From NCBI GenBank assembly GCA_951406725.2, contig OX597814.1, forward strand, positions 196,974,001-197,038,000: a stretch of DNA of 64,000 nucleotides, in the 5' to 3' direction. Source of the DNA: Octopus vulgaris. Lineage: Eukaryota. Made by a program: the position numbers and the translations under genes. Shown here piece by piece: positions 25,059 to 37,987 of this stretch; position 1 is the first letter of the stretch, and each line of letters opens with the position of its first letter. A model generated the notes under the pieces. The model was given only the letters and a program-made list of their open reading frames with translations. It was not told the DNA's origin and made no database searches.

Positions 25059-25684
25059 TTCATTTATTTACTTCTCCCTTTCTCTCTCTTTCTCTGTCTG
25101 TCTCGCACCTACATTTTACTGATCCTTACGTCTCACCACAGAATTCAGTCGACAATGGGGCGCCGTAGATACTTCCAATCCAGATGCTGGTTCGGGCTGG
25201 CTGTACATTTCTTTTTATCGTTCATTAACGCTACATATGCCATGCAGTTCCCATTACAATACTGACGTAACTCATTAATACATAAGAATCAAACATCTAA
25301 TAGCATGGAACTTTGTGAAAAACCGTGCTGCAGTCAAACCATGTCATCTTCTTCATGCACTTAGTTAATGAAGACTTAAGCCTTAGATCCACATAGCGCA
25401 AACGGACATCTTGTCTACTCGTTTACTAAGATTTTATGAGTGCTTAGACGTAAAGGATATTATAGTGTATAGATGCTGGCGATTTAAATGCTGTCGTGGA
25501 TACAGATGTTGTACGACTAGGAGATTCTCAACTTTTAGGGATTAGAAGTCTCCAGCCTTTCAGTCAGTAAATTGCTATAGGGGAAAGTGATGAATGTTTT
25601 TATTGGATCAATGTAGAGAATTCAGTTATGGATTTGGTGCCCCATTTGATGACGATTAACAGCAGCAACAACAACGCTTTTTAC

Positions 25685-25850
25685 TATTGATACAGGGTCA
25701 GATATTTTGAGGAAATAAGCTGCTCGATTACATCTATTCCAGTACGCAACTGGTACTTATTTTGTCGACCCTGAAAAAGACAAAAGACAAAGTCGACCAA
25801 GGCCACTAACCATTTTGTCCGGCATGCTAACGACTGTACTAACTCACTGC
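25685..25850 (-). mobile_element. Decayed SINE family A
   Basis: CAGTACGCAACTGGTACTTATTTTGTCGACCC...AAAGTCGACC...CCGGCATGCTAACGA. Confidence 0.75.
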
Positions 25851-25869
25851 TTTAATAATAATAATAATG

Positions 25870-25920
<51 letters not shown>

Positions 25921-25921
<1 letters not shown>

Positions 25922-26412
25922 GTGGTACGAACATAAACCCGAAGGCATCATCGAAAATGTTAAAGCAAAGAACCTATGGAATTTTATGATTCAGTGCGAC
26001 CATGGGATAGAGAATAGGAAGCCAGATATAGTCTTAATTGAGAAAGAAAGCAAACGATGTTGGATCATAGATGTAGCATGCCCAGCTGATAACAAGGGAT
26101 GCGATAAGGAAGAAAGAAATGTTGATAGATATGACAGGTTAGCGAGGGAGTTTAAGTAGTTGTGGTCGATGAAAAAGGTGGTAGTAGTACCATTAATTGT
26201 CGGAGCTCTGGGAACATTGAGTAAAAATCTTGAGAAGTACATGGAACAAATAGGGGCTGCAATAAAGTTGGAACACTTGCAGAAAACAGCACTGCCTGGA
26301 ACCACACGAATACTCCGGATGGAACTCGAAAAATAAGGGGTGTTACCTTAGTTCACTGGTAATGAACAGCTGGTACCGTAGTACATATCCAGCGTTAGAA
26401 GCTTTGCAAAGG
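25921..26412 (+). mobile_element. 5'-truncated R4/Dong-like LINE (restriction-like endonuclease domain plus 3' UTR) inserted in (TAA)n
   Basis: KWYEHKPEGIIENVKAKNLWNFMIQCDHGIENRKPDIVLIEKESKRCWIIDVACP...RYDRLAREFK*LWSMKKVVVVPLIVGALG...LQKTALPGTTRILR; (AAT)n directly 5' and 3'. Confidence 0.9.
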
Positions 26413-26589
26413 CAATAATAATAATGATGATGATGATGATGATAATAATAAGTTTCAACTTTGGCCACAAGGGCGGCCATTTTTACATCGACCCCAGTGT
26501 TTCACTAGCACTTTATTCATCGATCCAGAATTATTATTATTATTATTATTACTACTAATGCACTCAGTCAGTAGAGTATCATATTTAAT

Positions 26590-26750
26590 GCTCTGCGGTA
26601 TAAATTTACGTCCTTTTCATTACAGAATTGAATTCCCATTTTCAGCTTTACTTTTCATCATTTCGGGATCAATAAATTAACTTCCAGTCAAACATGCTGA
26701 TCGATTTAATCGAACCTATCCTCCCTAATGTTTCTAGATTTCTCCCAACG
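26590..26750 (+). mobile_element. Decayed SINE family A
   Basis: CTTTTCATCATTTCGGGATCAATAAATTAAC...TCGATTTAATCGAAC. Confidence 0.6.
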
Positions 26751-27154
26751 TTATATAAAGCACACCTACTTCCCCCCCCTCTCTCTCTCTCTCTCTCGAT
26801 CACTATATATTCCTAAAGTAGATTTCTGGTTATAAACATTTCATTTTTATAACATGGATAATAATTTTTACTTAACACAACTTCAAAGTAAAGCTTTCTT
26901 CAGTAATTCACGGTTGGAATAATTTTCTAGTAATTCTTCGATTTTCCGTTTTGTATTACATAACATTTTCCCATGAGCATCATTTCTATAAACTATTTCC
27001 GAGTCTATAGACCAGCATTTTTTTATTAACTTCACATTTAGGATTTTAACCTTTTCTACTGAGTTATTAGTGTCCATTAGACAAGTCATGTCAGAAGGAA
27101 GTTGCTTGATTCTCTTTTATATCATTCTCATAGTCATGTTACTAAACGTTAGTA

Positions 27155-27340
27155 AAGGCGGCGATCTGGTTGAATCGTAAGCATAATTCTTACTCCGGTT
27201 CTTCACGTTCTGAGTTCAAGTACCGCCGACGACGTCTTTACCTATCATCTTCTCAGGATCAATAAAATACACACCTGCTGAGCACTGGGGCCGATGGAAC
27301 TGCCATCACTTTTTCTTCAGAATTGCGGACTTAGAAAAAT
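27155..27340 (+). mobile_element. Decayed SINE family A
   Basis: AGGCGGCGATCTGGTTGAATCGTAAGC...CGTTCTGAGTTCAAG. Confidence 0.65.
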
Positions 27341-27410
27341 TAGAACAAAAATGGGAATAAAATATCTAATCCATCAAATTATCTTCACCGCATATCTATT
27401 CCCCGGTGCG

Positions 27411-27565
27411 TGGAGGTGCAATGGCCCAGTGGTTAGGGTAACGGACTCGCAGTCGTAGGATCGCGGTTTCAATTCCTAGACCGCTGAAGCTCCACGAGGC
27501 TCCGGCAGGGTGTGGTGGCGACTCCTACTGTACCCTTTCACCACAACTTTCACTCTTCCTTCCTC
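27411..27565 (+). mobile_element. tRNA-derived SINE, family D (probably internally deleted)
   Basis: A box TGGCCCAGTGG, anticodon-like arm GGACTCGCAGTC and B box GGTTTCAATTCC, followed by a non-tRNA body; no acceptor stem. Confidence 0.65.
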
Positions 27566-27708
27566 GCAACTTCGTTATGGGAAATATTGTGTAAATCTCA
27601 TTGCCAAAATATTATTATTGTATCTTATTGTATACTGTCCATGTTTTCTTGTCTATAGCTGCCACTCACTGTTTGAAACTTTCCAGCTTCCTACATTCCA
27701 GTCCCTGG

Positions 27709-27775
<67 letters not shown>

Positions 27776-27953
27776 TTATTTATGTGTGTACGTATGCCTT
27801 ACGTATGCATGTATGCATGCATGCGCGCTTGAGAAATGATTTGGGAAATGCGCGAAATGGCACCAGAAGCGGTTAATCTGCACGACAAAACTAATCAAGT
27901 CGTTTAGATGTATTTATATTTTTCTGCCAACTTATCTCCCTACCCTATCCACA

Positions 27954-27994
<41 letters not shown>

Positions 27995-28809
27995 GTATAT
28001 ATATATACATACACACACATTCATATGCATGTGCGAGTGTGTGCGTTGTCTGCGTGTGTAGCGTGTCTTTGTGAATACAGAACTACGTGAGTATCTGCAC
28101 GAGGTTCTTCCAAATCCTAGTATCGTAGTGCTAGAACACAAATCTGTAAATCGTAATTCTGGCCGAAAATTATGAAGAACATCGACTAATATGGCCCATT
28201 TTCAGGAACAAATACAAAACGACATGGGCACATTGAGAACGTCTTTCAACATCATAATGATTACTAGAAGTTATATAACACTTATATTTCTTAATTTACC
28301 TATCTCTCGTGCACAACATGTAAAGATATTTTTGGATCAGAAAATATTTCAACCAAGAAAAAAACGTTCAGGTTTTGTTTCTGACACCTTTATTTCTTCA
28401 TACTTTTATATATTTATTGATATATTTATTATGAATGAGAACATTTCTTCAATGAAATATTTCTAAATACTTTTTTCCATTTCTCTTATATTGTTCCTCT
28501 ATATCTACCCACGTTTTTCATAATATAAAGATCATATTATGACAGCGACAGTACGCAATCGGTTGCACATAGGTCTTAGCGAAAGAAAAACTGTTATTTT
28601 GCAGTGTATTTTAGAAATATCTTTCAGTGAAAGAACCAAATATTCTGAAAGGTTAACATAGTATCCTTATAGAATTCTGTACATTCTAGAAATGAATAGC
28701 CATAATGAAATCTCAGTACTTAACAAAGCACATCCATTAAACTTTTCAGATAGTTCTAGCAAAGAAATGATTGAGGTGTTCATATATGTGTGTATACATA
28801 TACATATAT

Positions 28810-28865
<56 letters not shown>

Positions 28866-29109
28866 GTGTCTGTATATACGTATGTACCTATATGTGTTTG
28901 TATGTATACATGTATGTATACATGTATGCATATATGTGTGCATGTTTAAGGATATATGTTTGTCTACATACACATAATTGCACGCATAGATATACATAGA
29001 AGTATGCTAACATTTGTTATAGGCATGTTTTGCTATAGCTCGCAAATCCTTGTGTGTTTTGAAACTAAACCGTGTATATTATAATATATATATATATATA
29101 TATATGTAT

Positions 29110-29338
29110 ATGTGTGTTTGTGCATCTGTGTTTGTCTCTCTAGCATTGCTTGACAACCGATGCTGGTGTGTTTGCGTCCCCGTCACTTAGCGGTTCGGCA
29201 AAAGAGACCGATAGAATAAGTACTGGGCTTACAAAGAATAAGTCCCGGGATCAAGTTGCTCGATTAAAGGCGGTGCTCCAGCATGGCCGCAGTCAAATGA
29301 CTGAAACAAGTAAAAGAGAGAGTAAAGAGTAAAAGAGT
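29110..29338 (+). mobile_element. 3' half of SINE family B
   Basis: TTGACAACCGATGCTGGTGTG...GCTCCAGCATGGCCGCAGTCAAATGACTGAAACAAGTAAAAGAG. Confidence 0.9.
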
Positions 29339-30775
29339 ATAATTGCACGCATAGATATACATAGAAGTATGCTGATACATTTGTATGCATATTTTTATGT
29401 GTGCATCTATGTAAACACGTTCAAATCTATGTGTGTTTTGCAAATTACCGTAGTATTCCAATATGGAGAAACGACGTTCAGAAAATGAATGGTGTTTTGA
29501 AGAGAAATTGTCTTCTGCTCAGATTAGGTTGCGAGGAATTTCCAAGGGATGGTTGTGTTTATGTGTTTCTGACATAAACATTTACTTATACACACTTCAT
29601 AATAAATTTGTGATAGCATGCACAACACACTGGATAAATATTATTAGTTGCTCGATTGAAAATGAGAAGCATTAAATGAGACAAATACACAGAATTTAGA
29701 ACATTAGGTTCTTTAAATTGCTCTTAGACAATGGAACTAGACAACTAGTCAACAACTGCCCGTTTGTTCTCGTAAGGAAGAGTAAATAAAACCGAGAAGT
29801 GGCAACGCAACAATCATAGCACAGGAGAAAAACCATACCACTAACTGAACTTAGCTTCAAACTTTATAAAATTTCCCCGCTTTTTTAACAGTGTTTATAA
29901 ATATACTCAATTTGATATCGTGCGTTTTTCTTTTTCTCTTCCGGCTTTTAATGCTTTTACTTCTCCTCGGGAAAGAGCATAACTTAACACATTCGATTCT
30001 GCCCTTATGTCTTTTTTCTTCATTTGGCGCATTCATTTTCATTGAGCAAATCCAAATTGTGTGTCAGAAGATTCGTGGCATTACAAGTGCGAAAGCATTG
30101 CAGGTGAGCAGTAATAATAATTAACATTAAGATACAATTAAATTTAAGACAAAGCTATATGGAACATGATTAACGAATAGCAAGAGCAAAACAATCTTCT
30201 TAAAACTGGAAGGAATATACTGAGAGAGATTTAATCTGTGTAGGATTGAAAATAAAGATATAATTAAAGTTAAGGCAAAGGTAAATATGTGGTAATTGAA
30301 TAATAGAATAAGCGAATAGATTCGTAAACAACTTCAGCTGTAAACAAGTCTCGTAAAGCTATATACAGCATATAATGAAAAAAAAACAAAACAAATTGAT
30401 CATTAAACAGGATTTTCAGAGTTCCGATCGAGTGGGAGGAAGTGATTGTGCGACATATGAATTATAAAGCTCATTCATATTGTTAGGGGTAAAAAAATAA
30501 TAATACTTTATTTTTTTCAAGGTTTTAGCTTTTCCCCTCAATTCAGCTACACTTATAAATTCGTCTTATTATGATTTGGAAACAAATGCATGAGAAAACT
30601 TTTGTAAGTTGTCTAGCATTCAGCTAATATATAGAAATAGATACAATGCTGTACAACTTTACAAAATGGTGTTGAGATCTTATCTCATTGCTAGATTTTG
30701 TTAGTCTTAGGTATTCACAATAGTACTAGATATATATGTATATACATGTATATGTACATATATATATATATATAT

Positions 30776-31002
30776 ACTCTTTACTCTTTACTCTTTTACT
30801 TGTTTCAGTCATTTGACTGCGGCCATGCTGGAGCACCGCCTTTAGTCGAACAAATCGACCCCGGGACTTATTCTTTGTAAGCCTAGTACTTATTCTATCG
30901 GTCTCTTTTTGCCGAACCGCTAAGTGACGGGGACGTAAACACACCAGCATCGGTTGTAAAGCAATGCTAGGGGGACAAACACAGACACACAAACACACAC
31001 AT

Positions 31003-31060
<58 letters not shown>

Positions 31061-31220
31061 GACATGCTTCTTTCAGTTTCCATCTACCAAATCCACTCAC
31101 AAGGCATTGGTCGGCCCGGGGCTATAGCAGAAGACACTTGCCCAAGGTGCCACGCAGTGGGACTGAACCCGGAACCATGAGGTTGGTTAGCAAGCTACTT
31201 ACCACATAGCCACTCCTGCG
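30776..31220 (-). mobile_element. Full-length SINE family B
   Basis: Near-identical to 35925-36388 and 15995-16412. Confidence 0.92.
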
Positions 31221-31453
31221 CCATGCTGCAGCAACGCGTTTAATCGAACGCAGGACTTATTCTTTGTAAGCCTAGTACTTTTTCTAACGGTCCCTTTAGC
31301 CCAACCGCGAAGTTGTGGGTACATAAGCACGCCCACATCGGTTGCCTAGCGGTGTTGGAGGTACTCCTTTTAAGCATAGTACCTGTTTTATCAATTTTAT
31401 TTGCTGGACCGCTATATAACGGGGGACGTTATCAAACGAACACCGACTGTCAA
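31221..31453 (-). repeat. Left arm of an inverted duplication (diverged family B 3' modules)
   Basis: Reverse complement of 32257-32489; both give the ORF MWVHKHAHIGCLAVLEVLLLSIVP in the track. Confidence 0.9.
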
Positions 31454-31640
31454 TATATATATATACGCATACACATGTATTGTATTTATGTATGCATATC
31501 TATAAGCATACATAAACATACATATATATGTATACATATATACATACGCACATACATATATATATATAATACACACATACAAACACACACACACATACAC
31601 ACTTATATATGTATGTATGTATATACATATATATGAGAAC

Positions 31641-31940
31641 CTGCATGTCTCAGTGGTTAGAGCGTGAAGCTTACGTTCGTGAGGTTGTGAGTTCGATTCC
31701 CGGACCGGGCTGCGTGTTGTGTTCTTGAGCAAGACATTTTATTTCACGTTGCTCCAGTTAACTCAGCTGTAGAAATGAGTTGCAATGTCACTGGTGCCAA
31801 GCTGTATCGGCCTTTTGCCTTTCCTTTGAATAACATCAGTGGTGTGAAGAAGGGAGGCTGGTATGCATGGGCGACTGCTGACCTTCCATAAACAACCTTG
31901 TCCAGACATGTACCTCGGAAGGCAACTTTCTAGGTGCAAT
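31641..31940 (+). mobile_element. SINE family C
   Basis: GCATGTCTCAGTGGTTAGAGCG...GAGTTCGATTCCCGGACCGG, then the CORE-like body. Confidence 0.9.
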
Positions 31941-31974
31941 ATGTATATACATACGTACATACACGCACACTGTA

Positions 31975-32520
31975 TGTAAAGAAATTTACATCACAAACCA
32001 GTGACTCTGGATTCAGTTCCTCTGCACGGTACACTGGATACTGCCTTCTGTCAGAGCTACGAGTAAAATGAGAAACAGCTGTGAGTCCATCGTATCTTGT
32101 AGCGGAAACTTCCGTAAGATAACGAAGTTCATAAGATGAACTCGTTTATTTCTTTGACATCTCCGTTTTATATGTATATGAGTGTATGTGCCTGTGTGTA
32201 TGTATATACGTATATGTCGATTTGAGCGTGTTTTTTGTGTTTGTTCCCCTCACTCGTTGACAGTCGGTGTTCGTTTGATAACGTCCCCCGTTATATAGCG
32301 GTCCAGCAAATAAAATTGATAAAATAGGTACTATGCTCAAAAGAAGTACCTCCAACACGGCTAGGCAACCGATGTGGGCGTGCTTATGTACCCACAACTT
32401 CGCGGTTGGGCTAAAGGGACCGTTAGAATATGTACTAGGCTTACAAAGAATAAGACCTGCGTTCGATTAAACGCGTTGCTGCAGCATGGCCGCCGTCAAA
32501 ACACTGAAACTAATAGAATA
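31975..32520 (+). mobile_element. Old diverged SINE family B with a duplicated 3' module (right arm of the inverted pair)
   Basis: Degenerate head GGATTCAGTTCCTCTGCACGGTACACTGG; two successive ACGTCCCC/AAGTACT modules; CAGCATGGCCGCCGTCAAAACACTGAAAC tail. Confidence 0.7.
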
Positions 32521-32698
32521 TATATATGTATATATATATATATATGTACACCCTATATATATATATATATACAAATACCATTATATATGTACACCCTATA
32601 TATATATATGCATATATATATATATATATATAAAGGGGTTTGTGTATAGAATTGTATAGATTATGTGTGTGTTAATATATATATATATACATATATGC

Positions 32699-32730
<32 letters not shown>

Positions 32731-33561
32731 GCATATATATATATACATACATTATATATATATATGCATATAGATATACATATATATATATGCATGTAAA
32801 TATATGTATATATACATTTGTATATGTGTATATATACATATATATATGCATATAGATATATGTATATATACATTTGTATATGCATATATACATATATATA
32901 TGCATATAGGTATATGTATATATACATGTGTATATACATATATACATATGTGTGTGGATGTGTACATATATTCATACATATGTAGATACGTATAACTAGG
33001 TTCATAGAAACTTAGTAAATATGTCCACTAAGCAAGTCCTTTTCGTCGCACATACGTGCATGCTAAACCTGTGAACATTCTCATTCTTATTAATCACTAC
33101 TAGCTTCTCAAATATAACAACTCTAATTACAATTATTACAAGAACTAGCCGGAGTTATAATTTACACTTTGTCATACAGTTTTGACGATAACTGTGAAAC
33201 CGACTGGATTAAATATATTAAAAGAAGAGTATTCATCCTGTTTAATTCGCTGACATAGTTATCTTCTAATTGTTCCTAAACATTTTTTAGCCTTTTTTTT
33301 TTACTTCGTTCGTGCAGCAATATTATTTCAGATACGAAACCTAAATTAGCAAAATAAAATCGTTATACCGACAAAAACAGATTCTAAAAGTATAGTTTGT
33401 CTCTTCGTCTGGAACAGCGACATTGTAGTATAATTAAATTCCAGGCCATGTCAGAATCTAGCGTATACATACATACATACATACATACATACATACAAAA
33501 AGATATATATAATCTTTGTATATATATAAAGGTATATATGTATAATATATATGTATTTACC

Positions 33562-33574
33562 CATCGACACATAC

Positions 33575-33626
<52 letters not shown>

Positions 33627-33750
33627 CGACACATACGTGTATATATACATATATATTATGTATAACATATATATGTATATATATATATATATACATCGAC
33701 ACATATGTGTATATATACATATATATATACATACATCGACACATACGTGT
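33562..33750 (+). repeat. Four CATCGACACATA(C/T)GT units separated by variable (TA)n
   Basis: Units at 33562, 33624, 33694 and 33734. Confidence 0.85.
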
Positions 33751-33794
33751 ATATATATATATAAATACATATACTTATATGTTTATAAACATGT

Positions 33795-33831
<37 letters not shown>

Positions 33832-34327
33832 TATGGACGGATGGATGTATAGATGAATCGATGGATCGACCTGGATACGTATGTCTGCTTGTGTAAATCA
33901 TGGTTTGCCAAGATATACCAGTCTTGGAGGAGAGACACTAATACTCGTTATATATAAACTCTTATGAAATGGCCCCCAGATGATAGTGAACCAAAAATAA
34001 ACGCATTGTTCCACTTATTTTATTTCAGCATTCCAATGAAAAAAACAAAAAAAAATAATAATAGCTGTCCCTATCAGAGATTCGCATTAGGAATATCTAG
34101 CTGAATATTTCGCATGTTTTAATTCAGATTCAATAAAAAATGAATATATATTTAGTTCTTCAATAAACGATACAGCAACCGCCATTAAAATAAACTGCAT
34201 TCGAAGTAATCGGGTGTAGTTTATCTTGGATAAAGAAATCAATTTAGTAATATATAACTGGTGGAATAACAAGCATTATTATTATTATTACCAGCATTAT
34301 TATTATTATTATTGTTGTTGTTGTAAA

Positions 34328-34540
34328 AGCGGCGAGCTGGCAGAATCGTTAGCACGCCGGGCGAAATGCTTAGTAGTATTTTGTCTGCCGCTACGTTATG
34401 AGTTCAAATTCCACAGAGGTCCACTTTGTCTTTCATCCATTCGCGGTCGATAAATTAACTATCAGTTGCGTACTGCGGTTGATCTAATCGACTGGGCCCC
34501 TCCCCACAAATTTCGGGCCTTGCGCCTATAGTAGAAAGGA
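34328..34540 (+). mobile_element. SINE family A
   Basis: GCGGCGAGCTGGCAGAATCGTTAGCACGCCGGGCGAAATGCTTAG...TTTCGGGCCTTGCGCC. Confidence 0.9.
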
Positions 34541-34671
34541 TTATCGTTGTTGTTGTTGATATTATTATTATTATTATTGTTTTATTTCCATTTTTTTGGA
34601 GTGTCTTCCCGACACTTAGAGCAACAAATAACTAACTGTTTACACTGATGAGTCATTAAACTAAACACAAT

Positions 34672-34880
34672 TTTCTACTCTAGGCACAAGCCCGAATTTT
34701 TGGGGGAAGGGGACAGTCGATTAGATCGACCCCCGTACAAAGCTGGTACTTAATTTATCGACCCTGAAAGCATGAAAGACAAAGTCAACCTCGGCGGAAT
34801 TTGAACTCAGAACGAAAACGGCAGACGAAATACCGCTTAGTATTTTGCCCGGCGTGCTAACGTTTCTGCCAGCTCGCTGC
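34672..34880 (-). mobile_element. SINE family A (inverted relative to 34328-34540)
   Basis: CCCGGCGTGCTAACGTTTCTGCCAGCTCGC is the reverse complement of the head. Confidence 0.9.
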
Positions 34881-35924
34881 CTTGTGTTCGTGATATTCTT
34901 CCAATATATTTTAAAGAAGAAAATTTTCACAACTATTCAAATTAGTGAGCAACCTCCAAAGTTGCGCTACTTCAATCCGCTAGATATAGTAGCCTAAATT
35001 CCTTTGATAAATCCTTATCGTAATAAGTATCAGAGTACGCTTTCGAGCAATGAAGTTCTACATATAGAACCTTACACGATGGTCATAGATAAAATGCCTT
35101 TGAGAATACACCTGCTCTATCAAGTCTGGTTTTGTTTAAGGAAATATAGCAACAAGAACTTGAATTGCATGAAATAGCCCTCACTATTGAGTGGCTCCAC
35201 GAAAGATTCAAGGAAATAGTAAAAAATTTCTTACTTAAAGATTGGGAAGTCCATTTCATGTGCCGAAACTAAGCTATCACCCAAGCTAGGTTGCTGTCGA
35301 CTTATTTCCCTTGGTTAGCATGACTTACGCAATGAATTATTTTAAAAGAAATCGTTAAAAGCTACACGTTTATTTAAACCTGAATTTATACAATGACAAA
35401 TAACTGCTGTATCCATTTTAGTATTCTCAAAAGTGTGCTAGAAAAACTATCGGTCATACGGCAGGGTTAACGCCCCGAGAGGAATATTAATATTAAAATA
35501 CTGCAGATAGTACGAATATCCGAACTATCAGCAAATTCATTATATTCAAAATAATCAATAAAATATACACATACCCTACCAAAGTAATAAAATATTGATT
35601 TATTGTATTATGTCTGTGTATATGTATACATAGGTGTTGGTGTTTGTGTATGCGTGTGTGTGCGCGTAGGTGTTGGCGTCGTGCGCATGTGCGCGTATGT
35701 TATTGAAAATATTGGTTCCCAAATTGTTATCGGTTGAATATCATGGTATAGTGTTAATATCACAACAGAAACACATATCTAAGCTCCCAAATCTTCAAAG
35801 ACCCTATATACAGTTGGAATATGTATGTTCGTATGTATGTATGTATTTGTTTGTCTATCTATCAAACAAGTACAAAAAATAAAAGTCCTAATATAAATGT
35901 GTACTTGGGTTTGTCTCTCTCTAT

Positions 35925-36139
35925 ACTCTTTACTCTTTTTACTCTTTCACTTGTTTCAGTCATTTGATTGTGGCCATGCTGGAGCACCGTCTTTAGTCGA
36001 GCAAATCGACCCCGGGACTTATTCTTTGTAAGCCTAGGACTTGTTCTATCGGTCTCTTTTGCCGAACCGCTAAGTTACGGGGACGTAAACACACCAGCAT
36101 CGGTTGTCAAGCGATGTTGCGGGAACAAACATAGACATA

Positions 36140-36232
<93 letters not shown>

Positions 36233-36388
36233 GACGGGCTTCTTTCAGTTTCCGTCTCCCCAAATCCACTCACAAGGCTTTGGTCGGCCCGAGGCTATAG
36301 TAGAAGACACTTGCCCAAGGTGCCACGCAGTGGGACTGAACCCGGAACAATGTGGTTGGTAAGCAAGCTACTTACCACACAGCCACTC
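35925..36388 (-). mobile_element. Full-length SINE family B
   Basis: Family B sequence with internal (CA)n(TA)n. Confidence 0.92.
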
Positions 36389-36806
36389 ATATATTTATAA
36401 ACTGCTTATTTCTAAGATCAATTTTGGTGAAAAATGATAAGGGAAACAACTCTTGAATATAAATTAAATAAATTTAAATTATATAAGTTATAGCTACATA
36501 AATACAGTTGAAGTGAGAGTGCGCTAAGAATTGCAAATGACAGCAACAGAGCACGTTTATATGAAATGCGTCTTAAAATAGTAAATTGTGATAGAAAAAG
36601 ATAGGATCTTTACAAAGTATGGTTTTCGGTGCATTTCTAAAAGTTTGGTTAAAAATTTACATTAATGTTTTTGATAAGGAATGGAAATTGTCTGGTGAAC
36701 GGGTTCGACGGCTATTTACATCTTTTCTATATCACAGTCTTTTGCTTGTAGGAACAGAAATATCCTGACTGAGATTTTTCTCAAAGAAAAATGTATCATG
36801 TATTCG

Positions 36807-36843
<37 letters not shown>

Positions 36844-36865
36844 TGCCCATAATATATGTATATAT

Positions 36866-37227
36866 GTATGTATATGTCTGGATGTATATATTTATTATTT
36901 ATTTTATTTATCATATATATATGAATATATGTACATATGTGTATGTATATATATATATAAATATATAGTTTCTAATTGGTATAGTTTGGAATCCTTCTCT
37001 TGGCACTGGTTGCGTACATCAATTTTTGCAATTACTTAAAAGCACCGATTTCTACCAATTTATTTTAATTCCTAGACTACATTAGATATACAGAAAAACA
37101 CAAACATATATATGATTTCTAAATTTATTTTAATTTAATAATTAATATAAGTATGTATGTATATGTCTGGATGTATATATATATTATTTATTTTATTTAA
37201 TTTATATATATATATGAATATATGTAC

Positions 37228-37291
<64 letters not shown>

Positions 37292-37450
37292 GTATGTATA
37301 TAGTTTCTAATTGGTATAGTTTGGAATCCTTCTCTTGGCACTGGTTGCGTACATCAATTTTTGCAATTACTTAAAAGCACCGATTTCTACCAATTTATTT
37401 TAATTCCCTAAACTACATTAGATATACAGAAAAACACAAACATATATATT
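36866..37450 (+). repeat. Recent tandem duplication (two ~290-335-bp units)
   Basis: TATAGTTTCTAATTGGTATAGTTTGGAATCC...CAGAAAAACACAAACAT is near-identical at ~36964-37110 and ~37299-37445. Confidence 0.9.
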
Positions 37451-37492
37451 TATATATGTATATAAATCTGTGTATATATATATATATATGTA

Positions 37493-37567
<75 letters not shown>

Positions 37568-37987
37568 ATACACACATGTGTGTGATTGTGTGTGCTTGTT
37601 TGTGTGTAGGGAGGTTGGTTTGTACGATATGTGTAGAAGAAATTCATATTTCAAAATGATAGAAACACATAAAGCTAAATATTTGTTATATTTCTATAAA
37701 GGAACGTTGTCGAGTATTGCGTTATCTAATTGAGAACCTGTTATGAAGCGAGACATACTCTCGCACACATATATACAGATGTGCGTTTATGGGTGTATGA
37801 GTCTGTGTATGTGTGTAGTTATGTTCGTGTCTATGGCTTGTGTATGTATATATATATATATCTATATGTGAACCCACACACAAAAATATCAAATTTAGAA
37901 CATTGAAACGTAGACTAGGACATCTATATGTATGTCTGTTGGTGCATGCGAGTGTCTTTGTGTGTGTATATATATATGTACACATAA

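Noticed and set aside
29891-30124. Possible exon ending at CAG|GTGAGC (~30103)
   Set aside because: A lone donor-like motif with no convincing acceptor or recognisable peptide
31641-31712. Possible tRNA gene (also 10860-10928 and 27411-27483)
   Set aside because: A and B boxes are present but there is no proper acceptor stem, and each runs into a SINE body
31313-32397. Duplicated 'MWVHKHAHIG...' ORFs as a gene pair
   Set aside because: Antisense reading of diverged SINE modules in an inverted duplication
34644-34670. CTGATGAG as a hammerhead core
   Set aside because: No stem II, GAAA or closing stem I follows
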